DNA from: Prorocentrum cordatum
Taxonomy: Eukaryota
Assembly (NCBI GenBank): GCA_963575745.1
Contig: CAUYUJ010000268.1
Span: 1 to 64,000 of the forward strand
Direction of reading: 5' to 3'
DNA length: 64,000 nt
Part shown: in pieces, positions 22,201 to 32,983 of the stretch
Layout: every line of letters starts with the position of its first letter
How positions within the stretch are numbered: position 1 is the first letter of the stretch
Program-made: the position numbers and the translations under genes
The notes under the pieces: model-generated
Told to the model about the DNA's origin: nothing
The model's database searches: none
The model's input: only the letters and a program-made list of their open reading frames with translations

Positions 22201-25200
22201 TCGTCGATGATCACAGCGCCGCAAGGCGCCCGCAGACAGCGCAAGGCCATCTGCGATTTCTCGGGGCAGCTTAGGGAATTGGCATCGAGAGCGCCGCTTC
22301 CCACGTTCGCCACGGCGCGCGGCGTTTTCCCACGTTGGAAGGCGCAGCTTCAACGAGGGCGCTGTCGCCCCAGAACTCCACGAAGAGAACGGCGATAACC
22401 AACTTTGTGACCCCGCGCGACTCGCGTGGCCCTACGACGCCCGCGCTTCCTGCGCGTCTGCGGCCAGGGAAGCGACGGCCCAGAGCTGATCTGCATCGAT
22501 CGCGGCGACGTCCGCCGAGCTCGCGGCATGGGCGAAAGGGCCGCGGTCGCGAATGTCAGGCGCGATGCTCTGCAGCACGCTCGCGGCCCCTTCTGCGAGG
22601 ACAGCGACGGCGGGGGGGGCGGCGGCGCGGTCGTCATAAGTAGCGCCATCTGCGGGCGGGTCCTGGCCTTCCTGGAACTCGCGCGCGCGCGGCGTGCAGT
22701 CTCGGCCTGGCGAGCCAGCTGCGCGGCGACTTCCGATCCCAAGTGGCGGTTGCGTCGATGCCGCATTGGGTGGATGTTAGACAAGTCTTCGAGCACAACC
22801 GAGCGTCTGCGCCTATGCCCAGACGTCTCTGCGGGCGTCGCGTTGGCGACCAGCGCGGCCCGCAGTCGCGCGCCCCTCTGCGCGAGCGAGCGCCCGCGCG
22901 ACGGCCGCTGCGAGCAGACGCATCTCTCGCTCGTCTTCCGGCGCCAAATCCGGGGGCGCGTCCTCGTCCAAATCTGCGGGCGCGCCGCCGATGTCATCGA
23001 CCGCCGCGCGCGCGGCCGGCGGGGGCGCCCCCTCGTCGTTGGCGCCGCCCCTGACAAGGTCTGCCGCGCGGGCGCGATCCTGAGCTTGCGCTGCGTTCCG
23101 CGCGCCGCCGGCCTGGTCCAAGCGGGGGGGGGGCCGGCGCGTCGAGCACGCCTGCCATTCGGAAAGGCGGGGCCGCCCCGGTCACCCGGGAAGCGGAATG
23201 CCGACGAACTACACGAGCAGAGTGGCCACGTGCTCGAAGCAAGCAGTTCGGCGCTGCGGACCTAGCTTTGCAATTTGCGAAAGCAAGAGCTGGCGCAGCC
23301 TGGTCTCGAACCCGCGCCCTGCAGCAGCGGGCGCTTCGGACTGCGGGATCGGCGCGCGTTCGAATGCAGTTGCGTCGTGGGGGGGCGCCGATGCGCCCGG
23401 CAGCGTCGCGCGCCCGGGCTTCGCGATCGGCGGGCGTTTCTATATCGCTGCGCTGGGCGCGCCATGCCTGGCGGAAGCACATCGCCATTATTTTCGACGG
23501 CGGCGGTGCTCCAGCAGCGCCAAGCAACGGCCCGCGTCGTTTATGAAAGGGCGCAGGATCGGGCGATAGACGGGCGGGTTAGCGCACTCGTCGGCCCCTG
23601 GGCAGAGAACGCACGAGTGGTGCTATGTCTTGCGCGTCGCATTGTCTTCGCGCCGCGCATTCTGCGGCGTCTTCGGGAACGGGCAACGCGCCCGCGCGCG
23701 CGTCGCCGAGGGCGGGCAGCGGCCATCGAAGCAGCGCCAGACGCCCACTTGCTTCATTGCCTGCTCTTGGGAGAGGCACGTTGCCGACGAAGCGCGCGCA
23801 GCAGTTGTGGTCCGCGTCGCGGGGGGAATCGCTTCCGCGCAGCCAGTCATCGCGACGGCCGCAGGTTCTCGCCAACACTTGTTTATGATTGCACTGATCC
23901 TGCCCGCCGCTTCCCGCGAGGAGTAAGCGCGGATATCCTCTGCCTTCGTCGGCGCCGGCGTCTGTCGGCGGGCCGTCAGCGTCGACGTCGTCGTCTTCGC
24001 CCTCCTCCCCTGACGCGTCGGGCACGGAGCTTTCGCCCGCGGCAGAGCGCGCGCCCTCGCCTCGCAGTTCCGCGGCAGGGCGCAGCGCAATCGCGACGCG
24101 GAGCGCCCGGGCGTCGCGGCGCCCCGCGGCCCGCCCCTCGGGAATGAGCGGCCCGTCTGCGGCGGCGCAGCGGTTCAGCGGCCGTTTGCGCCCGCGCATC
24201 ATCGCAGGGCTTCTGCCGGAGAAAGTCTGGATGGCGCGTTCTGTTTTGACCGCGGAAGCCCCAGTCGTTGCAAATGGCAAGTTCGCGCGGCGAGAACCAC
24301 GCTGCGCGGTTTGCGCTGAGCGCGAAGCGGCGAATTCTACGCTTCGCCGCCCCCAGCAGCGCGGCGCCTCGCGCGCGCACTTCCAACTGCGGCTGCGCCT
24401 TGGGCGTCTGTCTCGGCGCCGGACGCGCCGGTGAGACGCGCCCCCCCCTGCTCGACGCGGCGCGCGCCTGCGAATGATGGGGCCGAGCTTTTCCTGCGGC
24501 TTGGAATGGCACTTCGCCGCGGAGAAGTCCGCCGCGTTCGCTGCTCGCGCAGCGGCCGCCAGCGCCGCGGCCACGGCTCGAGCGAGGGCGCCGCGAGCGC
24601 GCGCAGCCGTGCGCCGGAGAAGCGATGCCGGCTTGCTCTGTCAGTGGCAGCGCCGCTATCCTCTGCGGCAGAGGCCTGGGCCTCCGCGTCCGGAATGCTT
24701 CTTTTCTGGCACTGGTAGTCGGCGCTGGGTTGCCGCGACGCCTGCGAGACGTCAGACGACGACGATGTAAAATGCATCGTGCGGTGCGCACGGGAATGGC
24801 CTTGCCGAGTTTGTTCTGATCGCTTCCAGCGGGGATGAACATGCTGGGGGCGCGCTCTCCGCCGCGTCTCACGACGTACTTCGCCGCGCGTTCCATGGTC
24901 TATGAGACGCACCGGTAAAACCGAAAGCGACGCTGAGGCACTCCAGCGCCGGTCTGTTTCTGGCTGGGTCGAGCGGGCGGTTGCTGTCCTTTCAGATGGT
25001 TCGCGCAAGTTGCAGTTCGCTTGCGCTTTTGGCTCCGCGCGAAATAAGCGCGCTGGTCGCGAGCGAAGCTCGCGGCCCGCGCCGCGGCGTCGGCGGCCAA
25101 GTCCTCCGCCAAAGCAGGCGCCCCTGACAGCAGTCGCGCGCCCGCCACTTCGCCGCTTGAGTCCAGAAGATGGGCGCGCCAATGGAGCGCGCGCATGAGC

Positions 25201-25719
25201 ATGGATGCCGCGCGCATAAGCTCACGGCGTGCTCGGTCGCAAAACGTCGCGAGCTCGTCGCTGCCGCGCTTTGTAGCAGCGGCGGGCTGCGCGAAAAAAA
25301 CTCTCGAGGCGAGCGGCGCGCCAGCGGGGCACGCCTGCGCACTCGCCGTGCCCGCGCGCGAAGTCGCGGCCCCGCGCTTCCAATGGCTTCAGGCCCGAGC
25401 GGACGAGCTGGGCAATGCCGATCTGACAGACGGCGGAGTAGTCGTCCGCCCCGTCGTCATAGGATTGCAAACCAACGAAAGCACAAGTGCCAATCAGCCC
25501 AGCGTGGACTAGGTCGTCGATCGAAATGGAAAGGCGCGCCTGAATCGCCGAATGCCTTGCGAGCGCTCGGTGCATGTCGCGGAGGGTGGGCGTGCAAGGG
25601 CAATCCGCTGGCCCCTCGCTGAGGCTCGGGGCTCGCTGGCGGCCCACAGAGGGCGCCACGTGCGCTGGGCCACATAGATTGCACCATGCGCAGTGGGCGC
25701 CACACCTTGCACCCAACGT

Positions 25720-26000
25720 ACTCACGACAACGCTGACGTATTCAAGAGAACCCTAACGCACTCATCGCAGTTCTAGCGCACCCACGAAAGTTATAACGCA
25801 TTCAAGACAGCTCTAACGCATTCAAGACACCTCTCGAGTATTCAAGACAATTCGAACGCACTCAAAGCCACTCTACCGTACCCAAGACAGCTCAAACGCA
25901 TTCAAGACAACCCAAAAATATGCCAGACGCTCCTGACACACTCAAGGCAAACCTAACATACTCAAGGCGGCCCTAACGTAGCCATGACAACCCGAACGTA
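25720..26000. repeat. ~20-bp degenerate tandem repeat (TTCAAGACA..CTCTAACGCA), inserted within the Helitron remnant
   Basis: Periodic CAAGAC / AACGYA units; a related block lies at ~20470-20610. Confidence 0.75.
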
Positions 26001-28169
26001 CTCGCATCGCACAGAGCGCACCGTAGAGATGTCATAACATAGATCGCAGCACATCGCACCGCACATATTGCATCACATAGCAAGCAAGAGAAATAGTATA
26101 AGGAAACGGTTTAAGGTAGGCACCAAGTACAATGCAACCGATTGCAGTGCGGTCGATGGCCGTCGACTGCATTGCAAACAGGTTGCGTTGCAATACGTTG
26201 CGTTACATAATGTGCACGGTGTGTGAGTACGTTAGCTCCGGCCACATAGGTGCGTCAGGATTGTAGTTGCAGTACGCGAAGCGCGAATAATCTGCCCCGC
26301 CATAGGCGTAGCAGTGATCGGAGAGTACGCGTCTGCGAAGTTAGCGGTCAAGAAGACATCCAAGGGGCCATCGCACACGTTCAGGCCGTGCCCCAGCTGG
26401 CGCAGGCTTACCCTGTACCCTCGCGCCAGAGGAATGCTGGCCATCTGGAAGATGACGTGCTGCAGCGCCTTCAGACGCGGCTACAACTTCTGCTGAGCGG
26501 CCGCGTGGGTGATCAGCGCCAAGCTCTGATAGCCGCGGCGTGCGAGCATGGAGGCGAGAGTCTCGACGCGTGGACCTTCGTGGCGCAGATGGTTTTCATG
26601 GCGTCGCTTGATGTCCTTGCCTTTTTCACGTGAGCTGAGTAGTGGTAAGTATTTGCTGCTTTCGCAGAGTGTGAATGCTGTTAGCAGCTTTGGCGCGCTC
26701 CAGCGGGAGTGCGGCGGTGCTCCGAAGCAGCCCTTGAGAATGAGCGGATCCGCCGCATCGGATGAGAGAGTGCACTCGAGCTCCTCGCGCTCGATCAAGG
26801 ATTTGAATGTCTGCCGCGTCGAGCGCAGTCGCCGCAGGAGATGTGCGCGAACGCGGCAGGCCAGGCTTGCGGCTCGAATCCGTCCACCAGCTTATCGGAC
26901 TTGACATGGAGAGTCTGCGGCGCGTTCGCGATAGCGGAAGCCAAAGCATCTTCGAGTTGCCGTCGCCAGTTAGAACCCATGCTCTGCGCCGCGGCGCGCG
27001 GGTCCACGAGAGCAGCCGCGCGGGGGGGCTTTCGCGGCAGCCAAGTCGGCGGCGGCGGGCGCCTCCGGCACCGGGCCCGCCGCCCTCGCCAGCGGAGGCC
27101 GCGACCCAGCGCGCCAACCTCGTGGACCATCTACTTGTTTTTTTCTCCCACAGCTATCACCCTGCCCACTGAGTCACGGGAGTCGCACCCTTGAGCGCCG
27201 ACTGCAAACTCTGCGGGCGCCTCTGCCAGAGGCGTCGCCGGATTTTCCGGCCGCTCTGCCAGCGAAGTCGCGAGGGCCGTGCTCTGTAGATGCGGCATTG
27301 TCGTCGCCGTCGACTCCTAGCTCCGCGGCTGCGCTTGCCTCGCCGTCTTGCACCGCGCGCGAGTCCGCAGCATCGCATGCAGGAAGGAGACAGGAAGCCG
27401 CGCGCATGGGCGCTGGTCCACCCAGAGTCGGCGCGAACTCGCGCGGCGCGCCCATAGCCTGGGCGCCGTCGACGATGCTGGGCGGAGCAAGGCCCCGTGC
27501 CCACTGTCGATGAACGCGGCTCTCATCCAGGGCTGCGTCTGCAAATGCGGGGCAAACCTCCCGGCGCAGCCGCGCGCGGCGAACGTGGAGGTCTGGGTCG
27601 ACGGCGAGGGCCCTCTGCGCACCAACTTGAGCGCGGGTAAAGATTTGACTGTTGGAGCAAGCGGAAATTCTCTCGCCGACGCTCGCTTCCGCCGGCGAGA
27701 AAGTTTGGGTGAATTTTTCCGGCGCTGGCTGCGCGAGCAGGGTTGCGTTGCTCGCGAACCCTGTCTCCAGCTCTTCTGGAGCGCCCGTGCGCCGCAGGAC
27801 GATCGCGCGGCAGACAAATATGGCGAGGCCCAGAAGTGTCTGCGTCGTGACGGACACGTCGGTGGACAGCAGATGCAAGCGGCCCCCCCGGTTCCAGCCG
27901 CCAAGGCGAACGGCGGCATGGATGGTTTTTGATTGCAGAGGGCGCCCGCGCAGGCGGCGCGCAGCCACGCGGTCGCGCCCTGGTCCCCGATGGAGCCCAT
28001 TTCTCAATTGCTCGGGGCATGACGGGCGCCGCGCGGGCCATGGCCCCCGCGCGCCCCGCCCCTATGACGCCGCGCCCCCCCTCTCCAGCGCGCTCCGGGC
28101 ACTGCCGCCGTGCGCGTTGGGATCCGCGTAGGTGTCCGCGTAGGAGTCCGCATAGGTGTCTGGTCCGCA

Positions 28170-28204
<35 letters not shown>

Positions 28205-28381
28205 TCGTGGCTCGTCGCTCGTCGCTCGTCGTCGTCGCGCGCGCGGGCGCGGCTGGGGCTTGTTTTTTAGTCCGGGCCGATGACGGCAATCATCTGTGGG
28301 GGGGTCGATGACGCCGCGCATCGCGCCGGCGGCGTCTGGGAATGCTTCGACATGACGGAGGACGGGTAGCAATGACACGTA

Positions 28382-29400
28382 GGTGGCGATCTGCACCACA
28401 ACGCCCGCGCACATCACAGCGCCCGCGTGCACCACAGCGCCTGCGCACGCCGCGCCGCCTACGTACACCACAGCAGCCGCTTGCAACGCAGCGTCAGTTT
28501 GCGCCACCGTGCCCGCGGACGCAATAGCTCCTTCGCACACCGCAGCGCCTGCGCACACCACATCAGCCGCGTGCAACGCAGCGCCAGTGCACGCCGCAAT
28601 GCTTGCGTGCATTACAGCGACTGCGTACGCCGCGGCGCCCGCGTGCACCGCGCCAGCCGCGCGCAGCGCAGTACCACTGTTGCGCGTGGAATGTTCGAAG
28701 GAATCCCAATGGCAAAATGGAGCGCTTGTGGGCCCCAGAGAAAGCAATGGAACAAAAATCTTCATGGACAAAGGGGCGCCGCCAGAGCCCACGAGCCCCC
28801 CCGAGTGCGCCTGCATCGCCCCAACACCCATTTGCGCCCAGGAGGCCCCAGCTAAATTGGCCGCCCGAGAACCAAGTGGCCCGATTCAATCGACCATTCT
28901 GCGGCGCAGTTGAGATGCGCGCGCGCGCTGCAGCGCCAAGCCGCACGACAGGGGGTAAGGAGGAGGAGGGCGACGACGTAGATGAGGCGGGAGGAGGGAA
29001 GAACGTCGCATTCGATTATCAGAACTTTCCTGGCGCGGCGTTTAGTTGTCCGCAGCAGATCTTCACGCACATGCCCCTTCTACCTGTACTACGCACGCAG
29101 ACGCAGAGGCGCACACCGGCGCTGCGCTGCACGCGGATGCTGCGGTGTAGACAAGCGTTTTGGCGTGCACAGGCGCTGCGGTGCACGCAAGCGCTGCGGT
29201 GTACACCGGCGCTGCGTTGCACGCGGCCGCTGCGGTGCATGTACGTTGGCGCTGTAGTGTTCCCAAGCACTGCGGTGTGCACAGGCGGTGCCTTGCACGC
29301 ACCTGTTGCGGCGCACGCAGGCGCTGCGGTGCACGCGCGCGTCGTGGCGCACGCGAGCGCTGTGGTGTGCACAGGCGCACTGGGCCAAATCGCCACCTGC
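28382..29400. repeat. Foldback-like insert with inverted arms of 18-bp tandem units (GCACCGCAGCGCCTGYGC-like)
   Basis: 28382-28675 and ~29100-29400 are inverse arrays bounded by GGTGGCGAT / ATCGCCACC. Confidence 0.6.
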
Positions 29401-32400
29401 ATGCTGCTCGCGTCGTCGTCGTCGCCCTCGTCCTCGTCGCTCGTCGCTCGTCGCTCGTCGCGTCGGGCGCGCGGGCGCGGCCGCGGCGCCGGAACCGCGC
29501 GGAGGGGGGGGCGTTGCGCCATGCCCCCCCCCCCACCGCCCTCCCCCCCAGTGACGCCCGTCATCGCCGAACATAATGAAACGCGCTCATGCCGGCGCGC
29601 TGCGGCAGTTCGCAGCCTGGCGCGGGCTCTCGCGGCGCGCCTGCCTCGGCAGCGCGCTCTGCAGCAGAGCCGCTTGAACTTTCTGGTCCAAGCGCGCGCA
29701 TGGGAATTCGCCGCGCGTCCAAATCCAGAGATGGTCTGGTCGCGCCGGGTGGCGCGCTGAGGACGCGCGCCGTTCCTCGCGCGGAATGCGCGGCCACGCT
29801 CGCGCGCAGGCGCGGGCGCTCAGAGAGCGGTCGACGTCCTCAGCGCCGAGAACATAATATCCCGCGGAATCTTTCTGAAGGCGCTGGGCCCCGCGGCGGT
29901 CGTCGGAGACGTTGTCGAGATGATCAGCAGCATTCTCGCTGGAAGCGCCGGAGAAATCCCCGCCTCCGCCCGCGCGGGAATCCGCGCGGCCCGCGCGCGC
30001 CAAGACTCGCAGCGGGCATTCGCGAAAGAGACGGCAAGGCGCTGCCCCCTCGATCCATTCGATGCGAGCGCGCGCAGCACGCGCCACAAGCTGCCGCATG
30101 CACTCTTCGCCTCTGTGGAATTGGTTGCCGCCAAGCTTAGAAAAGGCCCCGGCCTGCGCGAAGTTCTGAAGAGTGCGTTTTTTTTTCGCTGCGGAGTTAA
30201 GGCTAGTCGTCGAGCGCGCCAGCCCCCCAGAGCACGCGCTTGCACGCTTCTGCCCAGTCGCGGCGCTCCGCGAGGCAATGGCGCCACAATGCGGGAAAGT
30301 CTCCAAATAAGCTTGCCTTATAGGAGTCATATTTCATCATGATTAATCTGCGTCTAGCCCCCCCGCCCCCCCACCACCACCACCACCGCCACCGCCGCCA
30401 CCGCCACCCACCCACCCACGCGCGCATCCTCTTTCCAATGGCGCCCCCCTTATTTCCAACGCCCCCCCCCCCCCATTTGCCAATGGCGCCCCCCCTGCCT
30501 TTTGTCCCGCCCCCCCCCCCTTTCGGTTTTTCCCAATGGCGAATCCTATGGCTTTCTGTGGGTTCCGATGGTTCCGATGGATTCCTCTACATCATCATCA
30601 CGCACTTGCACTTGCCTGCTTGCTCTTGCGTTCTTGCACTCGCTTGCTTGCTCTTGCTTACCCTTGCTTGCTTGCGCTTGATCGCTGGCCCTTGCTTGCT
30701 GGTTATTGCTCGCTTGTGATGCTCCTCCCGCCCCCTCCCCCGCCCTCCTCTCGCCCCCCCTCCATCGCCCTCTCGCCCCCTTCCTGTCCCCTAATCTATT
30801 TGGAGCCATCGCTGGCTGATATTTCGGCGCGCCGCTGCTCTCGCGCGCCACGCGCCACGAGGACCTCCCGCTCACGCGGGCGCCGCGCATCGATTTTTCC
30901 CCGGCAGGGCCGCCAGAGGGCTTGCGGAAGCAGCTGGAGCAGTTTGCGACGCGCACGGAGGGGCGCAGGAGGGCGGCGGCGGTCTTGGCCAGGCTCGCCC
31001 GGGAGCTGGGCCTCGCCGAGATCATCCGCGAACCCCGACCTGTGCCTGGGCCACGCGCCCTCTCGACTGTCCAGCTGTTTGGTCTCGCGCCGCGGACGAC
31101 GCGCGCGCCGCTGGAACCCTCCCGGGGCGACTGGCGCGCGTCGCGGGGACCCCCTTGCATCTCTGCCTCCAGAAGCTGCCTGACACCCGCGCGCCGAACT
31201 GGGCGCTTCGCCCGTCGCAACCCGTCGTCGTTACCGTCAACATCATCGTCGCCAGCAACGCAAGCATCGTCGCCTTCCCCTCGCGCGCTTCGCGGCCTTA
31301 TAGGGAGCTTCACCGGGGCCCGGGCTCCAGGGCCCGCGCGCCGCACTTCGTGGCCCCAGAGGCAGCGCCCGCGCGGCGGCCCCTTTCTTTGGCCGGTTGA
31401 CGCCCAGATCAGTAGTGACGGGCTTCATCGAGATGCACCCCATTGCGGTTGACCTCTGCTACCCAATCAGCAATGTGGTTCCGTCCTTGCTTGAGTTGTT
31501 CTGCCAGGCCTTCCCGTCATTTCCGCGCGTGTCATCGCGCCAACATCGCAGAGCGGATTTCGTTCGGAAAACGATGGGGTCGGCCTTGGGTGTCCTGGAG
31601 AATTTCGTTCCAGATTTCGATGTGAATTTCATGCATTTTTCCCCCCAGTAATGAAGATCGCAAACAAACATCAACGCGAAATTCACGTCGTTTTTCACGC
31701 GCCGCTTCGGGCAGAAATCCACGCAGAAATCCGCTGCAGCACGTTTGCAAGGCTGGCCAATGACCTGTGTCGTGGTGCGCGCAGGTACGCATGGCTGGAC
31801 ATAAGTAGGAGGATCGCAGCGGGAGGAACGGAGTACGAAGAGGGGTGATGGATCGGAGTAGGACGATCGGAAAAAAAAAAGGAAGGGGGCGAGGGAAATG
31901 GCGGGGGAGGAAGGAGAAGGGAAGGGGCGATCGAGGAAGCAGGAGGCGGAGGATGCAGGGTAGCGCGAGGGAGAAAGGCGTAGGGAAGACGCGTCGTCGA
32001 CTTCGTCGTCGCCGTCGCTGTCGTCTTTGTCGTCGCCGTCGGCATCATCGCCTTCGCCGCCGCTGTTGCCGTCGTCGCCGTGTTCGTGTTTTTCGCCATC
32101 GTCAACTCAGCGTCGGAGCTTCGACGGTTGACGAGGGAGGAAGATGAGGAAGGGGGCAGAGGCGGAGGGAGGGTCGTCGTCGTCGTTGTCTCGTCGTCCT
32201 CGTCTCGCTGTTTCGTCGTTTTGCTGATTTTTCCGTAGTCGTGCCGTTGCCGCGTCATCGTCTGGTTGTCGTCGACTTTGCCTCGTTGTCCCATCGCCGT
32301 CTTGTTGTTTCGTCGTCATATCGTTGTCGTCGTCGTCACCGTCATCGTAGTCGTGTCGTTGTCACCACCTCGTTTCACTGTCGTTGTCGTCGTCGTCGTG

Positions 32401-32723
32401 GTCGTCGCTGTTTCGTCGTTGTCTCGTTGTTTCGTCGCTGTGTCATTGTTTCGTCGTTGATTCGTTGTTTCGTCGTCGATGGCCGCAACGGCTTACATCT
32501 GTAACCCGCTTCGGCTGACCTCCGCGCCCCTTGCGGGCGGCCCCCCGCGCACCCTGCACAAGGATACCCACCGAAGGCGATGCCCATCACGACGGCACCC
32601 ACAACTGCATATGGGCGGGCCCTTCGCCTGGACAACGTTTAGGGGCTTACATCTGGCGGACTTCAACGAAGCAGCTACGTTGGCCGGGGTTCCCCAGCGA
32701 CGAAAAACGAGTATACTCATCAC

Positions 32724-32919
32724 TGTGTATGGAACCCGTGTAATACCCTCATATATACTCCTTATCCTTACCTCTCCCGCACCTGGCCGTTTGGGCTCAG
32801 GTACTGAGTTGGAGCGATCGTACCTTGATCGCTTGGGAGGGAAAGATATCCATCTATCCCTCCATCTCTCTACCAACGGATCAGGGGTTCTGTACTCTTG
32901 TACTTCAACCCCATACACA
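32724..32919 (+). repeat. 5' LTR (196 bp)
   Basis: TGTGTATGG...CCATACACA (9-bp terminal inverted repeat); four substitutions relative to the 3' LTR. Confidence 0.97.
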
Positions 32920-32931
32920 GGTTATCAGCCC
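32920..32931 (+). promoter_or_regulatory. Primer-binding site of the tRNA-half type (GGTTATCAGCCC)
   Basis: Abuts the 5' LTR. It lacks the TGG start complementary to tRNA CCA and instead resembles the GGTTATGRGCCC PBS of copia/Ty5, which pairs with the initiator tRNA-Met anticodon arm. Confidence 0.75.
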
Positions 32932-32983
32932 TTTAACGCTCACCTTCACCGACTCGCCCGCGGTGACCTTGCATGCGAGCCCA

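Larger units (their letters stand above)
20858..31470 (-). mobile_element. Heavily decayed Helitron-type Rep-Pif1 helicase remnant, interrupted by insertions
   Basis: Minus-strand motifs in the expected order: Rep GPLDVFLTANFADAYSP (~26320-26370), HUH-like LHAH (~25590), Walker B IIDETS (~22200), MKRFTDP, LHLGIVVSLTN, RRQPP..TLHALQGAT..ATYVVSCR (~21020-21170). The upstream boundary (27-31.5 kb) is poorly defined. Confidence 0.7.

Noticed and set aside
21300..31500. Numerous 100-380-aa Arg/Ala-rich ORFs on both strands
   Set aside because: Stop-poor GC-rich decayed sequence; only scattered Helitron motifs are meaningful.
32825..32983. N-terminal 53 codons of the 1758-aa ORF
   Set aside because: Begin at a non-ATG codon inside the LTR and span the PBS; ATG 32984 is the more plausible start.
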